From: an uncultured candidate division Zixibacteria bacterium
GTDB lineage: Bacteria > Zixibacteria > MSB-5A5 > UBA10806
DNA length: 64,000 nt
Direction of reading: 5' to 3'
Assembly: GCA_963801605.1 (NCBI GenBank)
Contig: CAWDFP010000006.1
Span: forward strand, 768,879-832,878
This document shows positions 39,101-47,461 of the stretch, one piece after another. Made by a program: the position numbers and the translations under genes. Each line of letters begins with the position of its first letter. Positions within the stretch are counted from its first letter, which is position 1. Under the pieces are notes generated by a model, which saw only the letters and a program-made list of their open reading frames with translations, was not told where the DNA came from and searched no databases.

Positions 39101-40438
39101 AAAAAACTAAAAGCGGGACGGACATGGTCGGGTACCATATTAAATCATAAGAAGGACGGCACTCCGCTAAACGAGGAAATAACTATTTCTCCCGTATTTG
39201 ATAATACTGGAGCCGTTATCAATTTTGTGGCAGTAAAGCGTGATATTACTAAACAGGTAACCCTCGAACAACAGCTTTTGCAATCGCAGAAGATGGATGC
39301 AATCGGGCGTTTGGCCGGTGGGGTGGCGCATGATTTTAATAATCTTTTAACAGCAATTATCGGATATAGCGAGTTGTTGCGCGTTGGTCTCAAAGGGCAG
39401 GACAATCTTATCGCGGATGTTGACGAAATTAAGAAAGCAGGTGAGCGGGCCGCGTCCTTGACCCGTCAGCTTTTGGCTTTCAGCAGAAAACAAATCATTC
39501 AGCCCAAAGTGCTCAATCTCAATTCGATAGTCGTTGACATGAATAAGATGCTAAAGCGTATAATCGGCGAAAATATTGATTTAGTAGTTGAAACCGAAAA
39601 TGATTTATGGCAAGTCAAAGCGGACCCCGGGCAAATTGAGCAAATATTAATGAACTTAGCTGTTAACTCTCATGATGCCATGCACGACGGTGGAAAACTA
39701 ATAATTAAGACAGAAAACACTGTCGCTGAATGTCGGGATGACGAGGCGGCGATAAAGATCGACCACATCGAGTACGTGATGCTGACCGTTTCGGATAACG
39801 GCTCCGGGATTCCCGATGATATCAAGCCTCATATTTTCGAGCCGTTTTTCACTACCAAAGAACTGGGTAAAGGCACCGGCCTGGGCCTTTCAACCGTTTA
39901 CGGTATAGTCGAGCAGAACAAAGGCTTTATCGAATTGGAAAGCCAACTTGGAGTTGGTACGACCTTTAAGATATATTTGCGGCGATTCGTAGACAACCTT
40001 GATGGAACCAAGATGCTGGAGTTGGAAAAAGGTGAGATAAGGGGGAATGAGACAATATTGGTGGTTGAGGACGAGGATGTCGTCAGGAATCTGACCATGC
40101 GCCTTTTGATCGACTTGGGTTACGATGCAATTGTTGTAAGTGATGGTTTCCAGGCAATTGAGGTTTGTAAAGAGAGAGGAAACGAAATTAAGCTCCTGCT
40201 AACTGATATGATAATGCCCGGCATGAGCGGCGACGAGCTTGCTATAAATATTAAAAAAGTAGTGCCGGCCATTAAAATCATTTTCATGTCCGGTTATACC
40301 GATAGTGCTTTCATTCAGCATAAAATCCTGGAATCGCAGGCCGATTATATTCAAAAGCCATTCAGGAAAGAGATGCTCGGATTGAAATTAAGGGAAGTAC
40401 TGGATAGGCAGTTACCCGAATCGGTTGGTCAAATTTAG
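33134..40438 (+). CDS. Giant hybrid sensor histidine kinase: REC-(PAS/PAC x ~14)-GAF-like-HisKA-HATPase-REC (2434 aa)
   Basis: N-terminal receiver (IRILFIGNSEADIAII...IIISEYSLPDFG). About 14 PAS units, each closed by a (R/E)DI(T/S)(E/D)RK-type linker. H-box AHDFNNLLTAIIGYSELL, GTGLGLSTVYGIV, C-terminal receiver (ILVVEDEDVV...LLLTDMIMPGMSG). Confidence 0.9.
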   Translation: MNKVIRILFIGNSEADIAIILRELSQDGFRPVSQRVGKAEEMRSALINDHWDIIISEYSLPDFGAVDPLTIAKDSSQNLPFIFISEKIGEETAVDLLKAGAHDFVIKSNLMRLNNVITRELYEAQLRREKQKADEELIKSKEHFESLINESPIGIYKTTVDGRILHANPALIKMLGFNSFDELARRNLEFEGYGQGGPTRSEFKRLMEQTGEIKGMEYLWRTKNGNCIAINEYARAIRDENGVILYYEGTVEDITVRNKAEEELQNSETKYRTLYQSIRDGFAMVDMEGHIIEFNEAYVNMLGYTSDEIRQLSYQDLTPKKWHDMESRIIMDEVLPRGYSEVYEKEYERKDGTIFPVELRTILIKDNKGKPSAMWGIIRDITDRKRSEQALRDSESNYRLLIENQNDLVVKVDNDGKFLFVSESFCNMFGENQADLLGKNYLSLVSADERASTANAMECLFKPPYNNNHEMRALTKNGWKWLAWSNTAMLNGQNNVIAIVGVGRDITEQKMAKDTLKASEEKLRAIASRNEAIIESVPDIIMEVDNNKLYTWANKAGYEFFGDDVIGKAADYYFEDEQNTLEAVDPLFHGLDDIILLESWQRRRDGKRRLLSWRCKVLRDSQGKIIGALSSARDITEHKTAEIDLVESEAKYRNLHESMIDAFANADLNGNLIDFNEVYRNMLGYSADELRQLTYSDFTPEKWHELDAKIVREQIIPRGYSDVYEKEFRRKDGTVFPVELRVTLTKSDSGNPTGMWAIVRDITERKKAAQQLAESERQFHSLFEHMINGFVLYEILYDDNGEARDARYVEVNSAFEKLMGFKKDDVIGKTITDLFPSINMDWIREYGKLAKGTISAMVERDRYDTGQYFETAIYSPRPGYVAAIFQDISDRKRAENELKFRNLLLSTQQEAAIDGILVVGESGNILSFNKRFVDLFNIPSEMLAAKIDEPVLKSVMEKMSDPQQFIYKVIYLYQHHFETSRDELVLKDGRTFDRYSAPMIGNDGKYYGRIWFFRDITERIKAEESIRAAETYNRAVIEHSPLGISVRSHTGQLISCNKAWQKIWNKSDEDIKRLMANTCQELKFNQSDDYLKVWHSKIRDIYEQGGYLHVPEAKLLFHHEGGDHWVSQHFYAIKDANGQVEKIVILTEDISERKQTEEALAEEVLRRRILMDQSRDGIVILDDNGKVYEANRSYAEMLGYSMEEVRQLYVWDWDRQWPREKLLEMIQAVDEKGDHFETKHFCKNGSIIDVEISTNGSMCGGKKLIFCVCRNITERKKAEEALRESEQKYRMVIENMQDVFYRTDIDGNLTMLSSAGPKFLGYDSVDQLINVNVARDLYANPEERTLFLKELQAKGFVRDHQVTLKRVDGSQFYASVNSQYYRGPNGEILGVEGILRDINERIENEKHIRDLSRFPAENPAPVLRISKSGQLLYANSSSAPILSGWDCKIGDLLPNQWIEIMSETLKIGLNREETIKFDDRVYSLLLAPVSESGYVNIYGLDITQRLQAENRLARSAKINEHISQVLVTLNSISNINEMMPPLLEAAIEITEMDGGGIYLIKDQIALLHLHKGLPDTFVKMVSEMPVSEPPVSLALISDRPLDVCKISEDILRLIQANGIKHAYSVPLRVGNDVFGFLNLSSYRAVPPDELGLNSVWMLALEAGSFFKRAIMENDLRVSEEKYRLLFENAGEAIFVIQEFKIVFSNNKLAEILGYSDAYVIDRNLTDYIHPDDKDLVVRRFKARVEGKQFDKPEPFRVMASGGIYKWLRVDAVKIMWDGKPATLNFATDVTEQLRAQSNLKESETKFRTIFENSADASFLMTDRFIDCNQKACELLAYERNELIGRSPVEFSPATQPDGRVSDVVSTAYVNAAHSGKPQYFNWQHQNKKGKLIDCEVSLKAITIDGKKMLHAVVRDISQRKRAEETLRRLATAIEQSADAVVIMDTNTIVQYVNPAYEKITGRKKDEVVGLEFSLLKSENQDYKLIEDIWKKLKAGRTWSGTILNHKKDGTPLNEEITISPVFDNTGAVINFVAVKRDITKQVTLEQQLLQSQKMDAIGRLAGGVAHDFNNLLTAIIGYSELLRVGLKGQDNLIADVDEIKKAGERAASLTRQLLAFSRKQIIQPKVLNLNSIVVDMNKMLKRIIGENIDLVVETENDLWQVKADPGQIEQILMNLAVNSHDAMHDGGKLIIKTENTVAECRDDEAAIKIDHIEYVMLTVSDNGSGIPDDIKPHIFEPFFTTKELGKGTGLGLSTVYGIVEQNKGFIELESQLGVGTTFKIYLRRFVDNLDGTKMLELEKGEIRGNETILVVEDEDVVRNLTMRLLIDLGYDAIVVSDGFQAIEVCKERGNEIKLLLTDMIMPGMSGDELAINIKKVVPAIKIIFMSGYTDSAFIQHKILESQADYIQKPFRKEMLGLKLREVLDRQLPESVGQI

Positions 40439-40472
40439 ATAATCATAATTTAGGTTTTCTAAATATCATTAG

Positions 40473-40500
40473 AAAAGGGCGGTCATATGACCGCCCTTTT
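40473..40500. terminator. Bidirectional rho-independent terminator between convergent genes
   Basis: Perfect 28-nt palindrome AAAAGGGCGGTCATATGACCGCCCTTTT, with a GC-rich stem flanked by A-tract and T-tract. It sits between the stops at 40438 (+) and 40518 (-). Confidence 0.8.
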
Positions 40501-40517
40501 AAGTCACTGCCAGGTTT

Positions 40518-42071
40518 TCATTTCAGAAGGATAGCTATCGGCAATTTGAATGGAATAGTCACATTGCCGGGAGTTGTAGATTTCTTAAATTTGGGTGTCA
40601 AGGGCGGATTAAGCCTTGACGGTGGGCAGTCGGGGCAGGAGGCTAAAGCAGGTCCGCTCTTGAGGTAAGTAACAAAATAGGTAATATCAATTCCATTGAA
40701 TGAACAGGAGCTATTAACATCACCCGCGACGTAATGAAAATCTGGATGAGATGAACAATCGCAATAAATTGGAGGTGGGGGGCCGCCCTTGAGGAAGCTC
40801 ACGCCGTAGACAACGTCAATACCGTTGGCGCCGCCACTACCATTTATATCCCCCGAGACATATTCGCAAGCCGGTGCGAAAAAGCGAATTGAATCAAGCG
40901 GTGATTGCACCGCATTGAGGCCATCAGAGAATTCGAAATAATAATGGTGCCAGCCCGCGCCTCCCGGCCAGGGGAGATTAGCTTCAAATTCCGATGTATC
41001 GGAGTAAAAATGATCGATACTGCCAAGGATAAATGATTCCGAATCGAAACGAAAAGTTCGCAACACCGGCAGATTATTATCTTGATCCAGGTATTTAACT
41101 CTTGGATAAATCCCCACGCCTGAATCTGCCTCCAAATGCGATGCATATAAGGTGGGCGGATTGTTGGAGTTGAAAGTTAGGAACTGCGTTTGAGGCTGGT
41201 AGATGGCCGGATAAGTCATATCGTTTACCATTTGTTCTGAAATGCTGGCGGTCAGAGTTGCCCCCATCGGAATAATATAGCCCTCAGGAGGAGGCCAACC
41301 AGGCCAGGCGGGATCGGATGAAAATTCGCTTAATAAACAGGACATGTGAAGAGCGCCCCCGCTAATGGTTGAGCTGATATCGCCTATTCTTGTATATGTG
41401 GAATCAACACGGTCAAGGATATAAAGACCTGATGATATCATTAGCGGAATATTGGCATAAACCAGGGCATAGAATGATGAATCCGGCCCCGAGGTTATCA
41501 TGAATCCGAAAGTATAAGCATAATAGGTCAGAAACTGGCTTTGTGGCCAGGTGCCGGATACATTTTTCAAAAAGCAATAAAATTTAGTATCGGAATAACT
41601 CATGCCGTTGTCTGTGAGATCCAACCAGTTTCCATCGGAGCCACCAGCCATGTCGCCGCTGGCATCACGGATAAAATTCGCATATCGATAAAGTGGCGGC
41701 GGGAATTGATTGGTGGTATTTTTGGGCGATTGAGTAATTGCAAATGAATCCTGGGCGGTGCTATAATAATATTCGAGAATTCCGGGATTTACAGCAAAAT
41801 TAATATCGGACTGATAAGTGAATTCGTAAAATGGAGGTTCATTCAGCAATGGCATAGAAACCTGATTGAAGCTGGTTTCGGTTTGGCCTCGATAATGTAG
41901 AGTGACGCCATTTCCAACTGCCCCAGTAAAATCGCAGTTGAACAATACCGGCTGTCCAACGTTTCCTGCGGAGGAGCAGCCGCTTAACAAAGGTTGTTGG
42001 GCACCGGCTAACTGAAATAGAATAGCGATGCTAAAGCCCCCCCAAATTAAAATTCTGTTCACCATTTCCAC
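40518..42071 (-). CDS. Secreted protein of unknown function carrying the C-terminal double dockerin-like/CPDCPP module
   Basis: Signal peptide MEMVNRILIWGGFSIAILFQLAGA. C-terminus CEYVSGDINGSGGANGIDVVYGVSFLKGG...YCDC...HYVAGDVNSSCSFNGIDITYFVTYLKSGP...CPDCPP is colinear with the C-termini of both C25 peptidases. Confidence 0.65.
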   Translation of the reverse strand: MEMVNRILIWGGFSIAILFQLAGAQQPLLSGCSSAGNVGQPVLFNCDFTGAVGNGVTLHYRGQTETSFNQVSMPLLNEPPFYEFTYQSDINFAVNPGILEYYYSTAQDSFAITQSPKNTTNQFPPPLYRYANFIRDASGDMAGGSDGNWLDLTDNGMSYSDTKFYCFLKNVSGTWPQSQFLTYYAYTFGFMITSGPDSSFYALVYANIPLMISSGLYILDRVDSTYTRIGDISSTISGGALHMSCLLSEFSSDPAWPGWPPPEGYIIPMGATLTASISEQMVNDMTYPAIYQPQTQFLTFNSNNPPTLYASHLEADSGVGIYPRVKYLDQDNNLPVLRTFRFDSESFILGSIDHFYSDTSEFEANLPWPGGAGWHHYYFEFSDGLNAVQSPLDSIRFFAPACEYVSGDINGSGGANGIDVVYGVSFLKGGPPPPIYCDCSSHPDFHYVAGDVNSSCSFNGIDITYFVTYLKSGPALASCPDCPPSRLNPPLTPKFKKSTTPGNVTIPFKLPIAILLK

Positions 42072-42325
42072 CTTTTATTAATTTCGCGCACCATCAAACG
42101 GATCAAGATTGCATCGTTTGTTAAATCATTTTTTTTCATTTGTCGCAGAACTGATTTTTCGTACAGAAGCGCCAAATTCGATTAATTCAGGCATTCACAA
42201 GCCAATCGAATTTTCAAAATCAATATAATATCAATCTTAATACGTGCAATAGTAAATTGTACTATGAGAAATGGGCAAGCCCATTAATTAGAATATCAGA
42301 GAGGAGACTTAAAACTATTTAAGGA

Positions 42326-42781
42326 TTATCTACCGTAGATATCAAGAAGCTGAAGTCTGGTGGAATCGAGACGTTCAGCCATTATTTCGGTAAATACCTG
42401 CATCATTTTATATCCGAGATTGTGGTCTGTTTCGCATTTTGAACGAAGGCATTTGCCGTCGAGCGCTATAAGCCGGGTTTGTTCGCTGGTACGGGCATCA
42501 AATCGCCACTTAAAAGGAGGGACAAACCATGACCATCCCAAAACATCACCTTCGGTGCATGTTTGGATACATATCGGACCCTGCCAGGGCGAAAAGACTT
42601 CTACGATTACCCGTCCATGGCGGATGACATAAAAAGCGTCGGCTTCAGCCCCTTCCCGGAAGATATATTGTTCGGGATTAAATACCTGATTAGAAGCGCA
42701 TCCCACTAAAAGATTTATCTCGGCATCATTGAAATTCTTAAATACCGGGTGAGCGGCGATGATTGGTTCAATTGTCTCCAT
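42326..42781 (-). CDS. Stand-alone cyclic-nucleotide-binding (cNMP/Crp-type) domain protein
   Basis: 151 aa. FREGAEADAFYVIRHGRVIVEV...GDVLGWSW...ARTSEQTRLIALDGKCL matches the beta-roll of the cNMP-binding domain. No DNA-binding HTH follows. Confidence 0.7.
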   Translation of the reverse strand: METIEPIIAAHPVFKNFNDAEINLLVGCASNQVFNPEQYIFREGAEADAFYVIRHGRVIVEVFSPWQGPICIQTCTEGDVLGWSWFVPPFKWRFDARTSEQTRLIALDGKCLRSKCETDHNLGYKMMQVFTEIMAERLDSTRLQLLDIYGR

Positions 42782-43087
42782 AATTTCACTCCTTTTGAGC
42801 CGTCATAAAGCCTCAGATTAATTGGCTTGACTCATGATCATATTTTGGAATTGCGCCTGACCATTGAATATATAATAATAAATACTATTATTATGTAAAG
42901 AGGAATTTGGTGTTTTTTATGGATTAATCCAATAATATTTGCTGGGACCAGATAACGGGACCCACCCTTACCGTTTGTGTCGCAAGAGGATAGGGACGGT
43001 AGGGCTACTTGGTATATCCAAAATTATGGGGCATCAGAGATGGCCGTCCCGGCAAATTATGATGATTACAATATTCTTTTTAGGCGC

Positions 43088-43768
43088 TTATAAACTGGCC
43101 TTAGGATGAAACTCCTCTGTGCGATGTCTTGCTATGACCCCATCAACCATGTAAATAACATCTTCGGAGATATTGGTGGCATGATCGGCGATACGCTCCA
43201 AATATCTTGAAACCGAAAGGTAAGGTATTAGCGCATCCACATGTTCGGGATGAGCTTTTATCGCATTCTTAACCAGATCATACATTTCCCGATTTATGGC
43301 ATCGACCTCATCATCAGCGGCAATAACATGACTGGCTATGGACGTATCAAACTTGACCAGCGAATCAAGGCTATTTCGCAGCATCCAGCTTGTTTTTTCG
43401 GCCAGCCCTGGAAGATCAAATGGTATCCTGACGTTCGGTTGTGAAGTTATAAATTTTACCCTTTCGGCAATATTCACTGCCAAATCCCCGATGCGTTCCA
43501 GGTCGTTATTAATCTTTAAAACTGCAATGATGAAACGCAAATCAATTGCCACAGGCTGATGGAGCGCCAATATTTTAAGGCAATTTTCCTCGAGGTTTAC
43601 CTCGGCCTGGTCAATTTCAAAATCCGATTTAACCACCTTTTCGGCCAAAGTGGAATCTCTATCGTCAATAGCTCGAACGGCTATCTGAACGCTGTTTTCT
43701 ACCAGGGCGCCCAGGCTGAGTATCTCCTTTTTTAACTTATCTATTTCTCGTTGCAGATGCTGTGCCAT
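43088..43768 (-). CDS. phoU: Phosphate signalling complex protein PhoU
   Basis: 226 aa with two PhoU repeats carrying DLERIGDLAVNIAE and YLERIADHATNISE. Last gene after pstB. Confidence 0.9.
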   Translation of the reverse strand: MAQHLQREIDKLKKEILSLGALVENSVQIAVRAIDDRDSTLAEKVVKSDFEIDQAEVNLEENCLKILALHQPVAIDLRFIIAVLKINNDLERIGDLAVNIAERVKFITSQPNVRIPFDLPGLAEKTSWMLRNSLDSLVKFDTSIASHVIAADDEVDAINREMYDLVKNAIKAHPEHVDALIPYLSVSRYLERIADHATNISEDVIYMVDGVIARHRTEEFHPKASL

Positions 43769-43781
43769 AATAAGCTACCTT

Positions 43782-44616
43782 TCATCCAAAGCGGCCGGTA
43801 ATATAATCCTCGGTGCGCTTTATTTGGGGCTTTGTAAATATCTGTTTGGTTGGCCCGAACTCGATTAAATGACCCTCATAGAAAAAGGCGGTATAATCCG
43901 AAATGCGGGCGGCCTGCTGCATATTGTGAGTTACGATAACAATTGTATAGTTTTTCCTTAGCTCTCCGATCAGGTCCTCAATTTTAGACGTTGAAATCGG
44001 GTCCAGCGCCGATGCGGGCTCATCCATTAACAGAACCTCGGGACGGACCGCCAGAGCGCGTGCGATACAAAGTCTCTGCTGCTGGCCTCCCGAAAGCATA
44101 TAGGCGCTATCGTCAAGCTTATCTTTGACTTCTTCCCACAGAAAGGCTCTTTTGAGTGTTTCCTCGACAGCCTCCGCTATGATATTTTTATCGGTAATAC
44201 CATTTACCTTAAGGCCGTAGGCGACATTTTCGAAGATCGATTTTGGAAAGGGGTTTGATTTTTGAAAGACCATACCCACGCGGGTCCGAACCGTGGAAAC
44301 ATCCTTAATATCTTTATAAATATTCTATGTCATCGAGCTGTACCGTCCCCTCAAGCCGGGTACCGGGAATCGTTTCATTCATACGGTTAAGCGTGCGAAG
44401 AAATGTCGATTTGCCACAGCCCGAAGGACCGATCAAGGCGCTGACTTTGTTCTCTTCGATATCTAAAGATATATCGATAAGCGCCCGGAAAGAGCCGTAA
44501 TAAAAATTTAATTCTCTGGCGATCATCTTATATGGCCTGTCGCGGTTTGTTTCGGGCATCACAATTTCCGTTCCAGAATCGGATATTTTATTTGCTGTTC
44601 GATCATCAACTCGCAC
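43782..44616 (-). CDS. pstB: Phosphate ABC transporter ATP-binding protein PstB; frame broken once (fragments 44314-44616 and 43782-44279)
   Basis: Walker [10 protein letters not shown] in the N-fragment. [20 protein letters not shown] and LLMDEP in the C-fragment. Skipping one base near 44314-44330 gives ...[27 protein letters not shown]... The true start may be ATG 44559. Confidence 0.85.
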
Positions 44617-45562
44617 GATTTTTCCTCATTTTCGATCTGATAAAAATAGCTACAATATTCAACAGAAATGTCAGTATCAATAAAACCAAAACTGTACCAT
44701 ATAGAATCGGCTTGGTCTTTTCCACGTCCGGCGACTGGGTGGCCATGACATATACGTGGTATCCAAGCTGCATAAACTGATCATTCAGCCTGTGGGGAAG
44801 ATATGATAAATAATACGCTACTCCTGTAAACATGATAGGAGCCACGTCTCCGGCTCCGCGGCTTATCGCCAGAATTCCACCGGTTAGTATGCCCGGCAAT
44901 GCCTGCGGTAAAATAACTCGCCAGATTGTTTGCAGTTTGGTGGCGCCCAAAGCATAACTCGCTTCTTTCAATTCTCGTGGAATTGTCCGCAGCGCTTCTT
45001 CGGTAGAGACAATTACCACAGGAAGAGTTAGAAGCGCCATCGTTAGAGCGGCCCAGATTAACGCCGGCTGTCCCCAGGCCAATTGGCCGGAATGATAGAA
45101 TGTCTTATCTATTCCGGCTCCTATGAAGCCCACAAAGAAACCCAGGCCGAACAATCCGAATACGATCGATGGTACGCCCGCCAGGTTATTTACGCCGATT
45201 CGTATTAATTTCGTGATCTTTGAATCCGGCCGGGTATATTCCTGTAAATAAATGGCCGTTAATACTCCGATTGGCACTCCAAAGATAACCATTAAAATCA
45301 CCAGGGCTACGGTCCCAAAGATGGCCGGGAAAATGCCGCCAGCTGTCATTCCCTGTTCCGGCGCCTGGGTCAGGAATTTCCAGGAGATAGTGCCTGCGCC
45401 GTTAACAACGATGTTTATTATTATAATGGCAAGTATTGTCAAAATTATAATTACTGCCAGAAGTGTCAGGCCTATTGGAATTATCCCTCGGGATTTGGGT
45501 TTCAAATGAAGCGCACTCACTTCCGAAACATTGAGCAAAGTTTGATTATAATCCTTAGTCAT
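44606..45562 (-). CDS. pstA: Phosphate ABC transporter permease PstA
   Basis: Six-TM permease with the EAA-type loop [27 protein letters not shown]. Second permease in pstSCAB order. Overlaps pstC by 4 nt. Confidence 0.85.
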   Translation of the reverse strand: MTKDYNQTLLNVSEVSALHLKPKSRGIIPIGLTLLAVIIILTILAIIIINIVVNGAGTISWKFLTQAPEQGMTAGGIFPAIFGTVALVILMVIFGVPIGVLTAIYLQEYTRPDSKITKLIRIGVNNLAGVPSIVFGLFGLGFFVGFIGAGIDKTFYHSGQLAWGQPALIWAALTMALLTLPVVIVSTEEALRTIPRELKEASYALGATKLQTIWRVILPQALPGILTGGILAISRGAGDVAPIMFTGVAYYLSYLPHRLNDQFMQLGYHVYVMATQSPDVEKTKPILYGTVLVLLILTFLLNIVAIFIRSKMRKNRAS

Positions 45563-46518
45563 CTGGTCTTGCCCTGGAATTTGTCCTTTAGTTTCGATAA
45601 AATTAATTCGCCGCCGAGATTAATAATAAAAGTAAAAACAAACAAGAGCGCCCCTATGAAAAACAGGACGTTATAATGGGCGCTTCCAAAAACTACTTCA
45701 GCCAGTTCAGCGGCTATGGTTGCGGAGAGCGTCCTGATAGAATCGGTAAAACTGGCGGACGTTATTGCTGCGTTTCCTGACGCCATCAAAACTATCATTG
45801 TCTCTCCGATAGCCCGTCCGAATCCAAGTACAATTCCGGCCGCGATTCCCGGCAGAGCCGCCGGTAGTACCATCGTAAACGAAACTTGCCAGGGATTAGC
45901 CCCCAGAGCCATGGCGGCTTCTCTAAGGGATTTAGGCACGGCAGTCATAGCATCCTCGGCCAGCGTAAAAATGATCGGGATGACCGCTATTCCTAATGCT
46001 ATACCGGCATTGATAGCATTGAGTCTATATGTGAAGTTGAATAGTTTTTGAAGAATGGATGCTAGAACAATCAATGCAAAAAAGCCCAGGACGACCGATG
46101 GAATACCCGCCAGAAGTTCGATTGTGGGTTTAATTATCTCTCGCATTCTTTTTGATGCGAACTCCGCCGAATAAATCGCAGCTCCAACTCCTAAGGGAAT
46201 TGCAAATAGCATCGCAATTAACGCGGCCTTGAGTGTCCCCAGGAAGAGCGGCAATAAGGAATATTTGGGCACATCTGAGTTGGGTTGCCAGGAATATTTG
46301 GGTTCATGACCGGCATAATACTGCTGTTTTAAAAAAAGCTTTGATAGGCTGGCCTCGTTTTGAACTTTGGCGCTGGTAAATATCGGTAACGATTCTTTAA
46401 ATATAAAAATAAATATTAGCAGAATTACTATTAACGCTGTAAAGGCGCTCATCGCGATAATCTTCTCGCCCAGCAGTTCTTTTATTTTCGATTTTGGCTT
46501 AAATTCGTATTTATTCAT
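45559..46518 (-). CDS. pstC: Phosphate ABC transporter permease PstC
   Basis: Permease with LREAAMALGANPWQVSFTMVLPAALPG. First permease after pstS. Confidence 0.85.
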   Translation of the reverse strand: MNKYEFKPKSKIKELLGEKIIAMSAFTALIVILLIFIFIFKESLPIFTSAKVQNEASLSKLFLKQQYYAGHEPKYSWQPNSDVPKYSLLPLFLGTLKAALIAMLFAIPLGVGAAIYSAEFASKRMREIIKPTIELLAGIPSVVLGFFALIVLASILQKLFNFTYRLNAINAGIALGIAVIPIIFTLAEDAMTAVPKSLREAAMALGANPWQVSFTMVLPAALPGIAAGIVLGFGRAIGETMIVLMASGNAAITSASFTDSIRTLSATIAAELAEVVFGSAHYNVLFFIGALLFVFTFIINLGGELILSKLKDKFQGKTR

Positions 46519-46583
46519 TATGCCTTCAAACGGCTATGGGCGAGGCATAGTTCCTCGCCCAACGTAATAGCCATGGAGGGGGG

Positions 46584-47433
46584 TTATTTAATCTGATTTT
46601 TTTCAGCCACTTCTTTGGGAAGCGGAACGTAATCAGTTTCCTGAGCGATTTTTTGCCCTTCCGGGGAAAGTGACCAGTTTAATAGATCCTTGACTGCGCC
46701 CTTAGGTGTGCCGTTAGTGAACCAGTAAAGTTCGCGCGAAATAGGGTATGTATTATTGGTCACCGTCTCATTACTTGGAATTATGGCAGTTGATTTATCA
46801 TCGTTTTTAACCGCCACATATTTAACTCCTTTGCCCCAGGCCAGACCGCCGTAACCGATGCCGAATTTATCGTTAGCAACAGCGTTAACTACTGCAGCGG
46901 TGCCGGGCAAAGTCTGGGTAGCTTCGGCGTAATCCTCATTGGTGAGTACCTTTCTCCTTAAAATAGGCGTAGGTGCCGGAGCTATTTTCGCGGCCGTATA
47001 AAATAATAGTGTGAGACTGTCCTCCGACCTCTTTCCAATTGGTGATTGAACCGGTATAGATTCCTTTTAGTTGAGCTAATGTCAACTCCTTAACGGGATT
47101 TGCTTCGTTCAGAAAGACTGCAATACCATCTAAAGCTACAGATACTCGATAAGCAGCGTTTCCCTTAGCCTTAACATCATCGTATTCCTGCGGTTTCATG
47201 TCTCGCGAGGCTTCGCAGATATCTGTGGTGCCGTTAATTAGCGCGGCGATACCGGTTCCCGATCCTCCTCCTGAGACCTGAATGACAACGTCCGGATGGA
47301 TTTTCATGTATTCTTCTGCCCAGCGCTGGCCCAATCTCACCATCGTATCGGATCCCTTAACAGTGATGGTATTTGCTGCCATTGTCAAGCCCGGCAGTAG
47401 CATTGCCAGGGCGATTATCATTAGTTTCCTCAT
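46584..47433 (-). CDS. pstS: Phosphate-binding protein PstS; frame broken once (fragments 46936-47433 and 46584-46910)
   Basis: Signal peptide MRKLMIIALAMLLPGLTMA. Motifs TVKGSDTM, SGGGSGTG, GRENSSGTY. Dropping one base at about 46947-46954 (gagaaaGGtac) gives ...YAYFKEKVLTNEDYAEATQTLPGTAAVVNAV... Confidence 0.85.
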
Positions 47434-47461
47434 ATAAATCTCCTTATTTAATTCGTGAATG

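Noticed and set aside
8153-47433. Programmed ribosomal frameshifting as the explanation for the split genes
   Set aside because: Six unrelated genes are affected, with no shared slippery heptamer or downstream stimulatory structure. Indel error or recent mutation is far more parsimonious.
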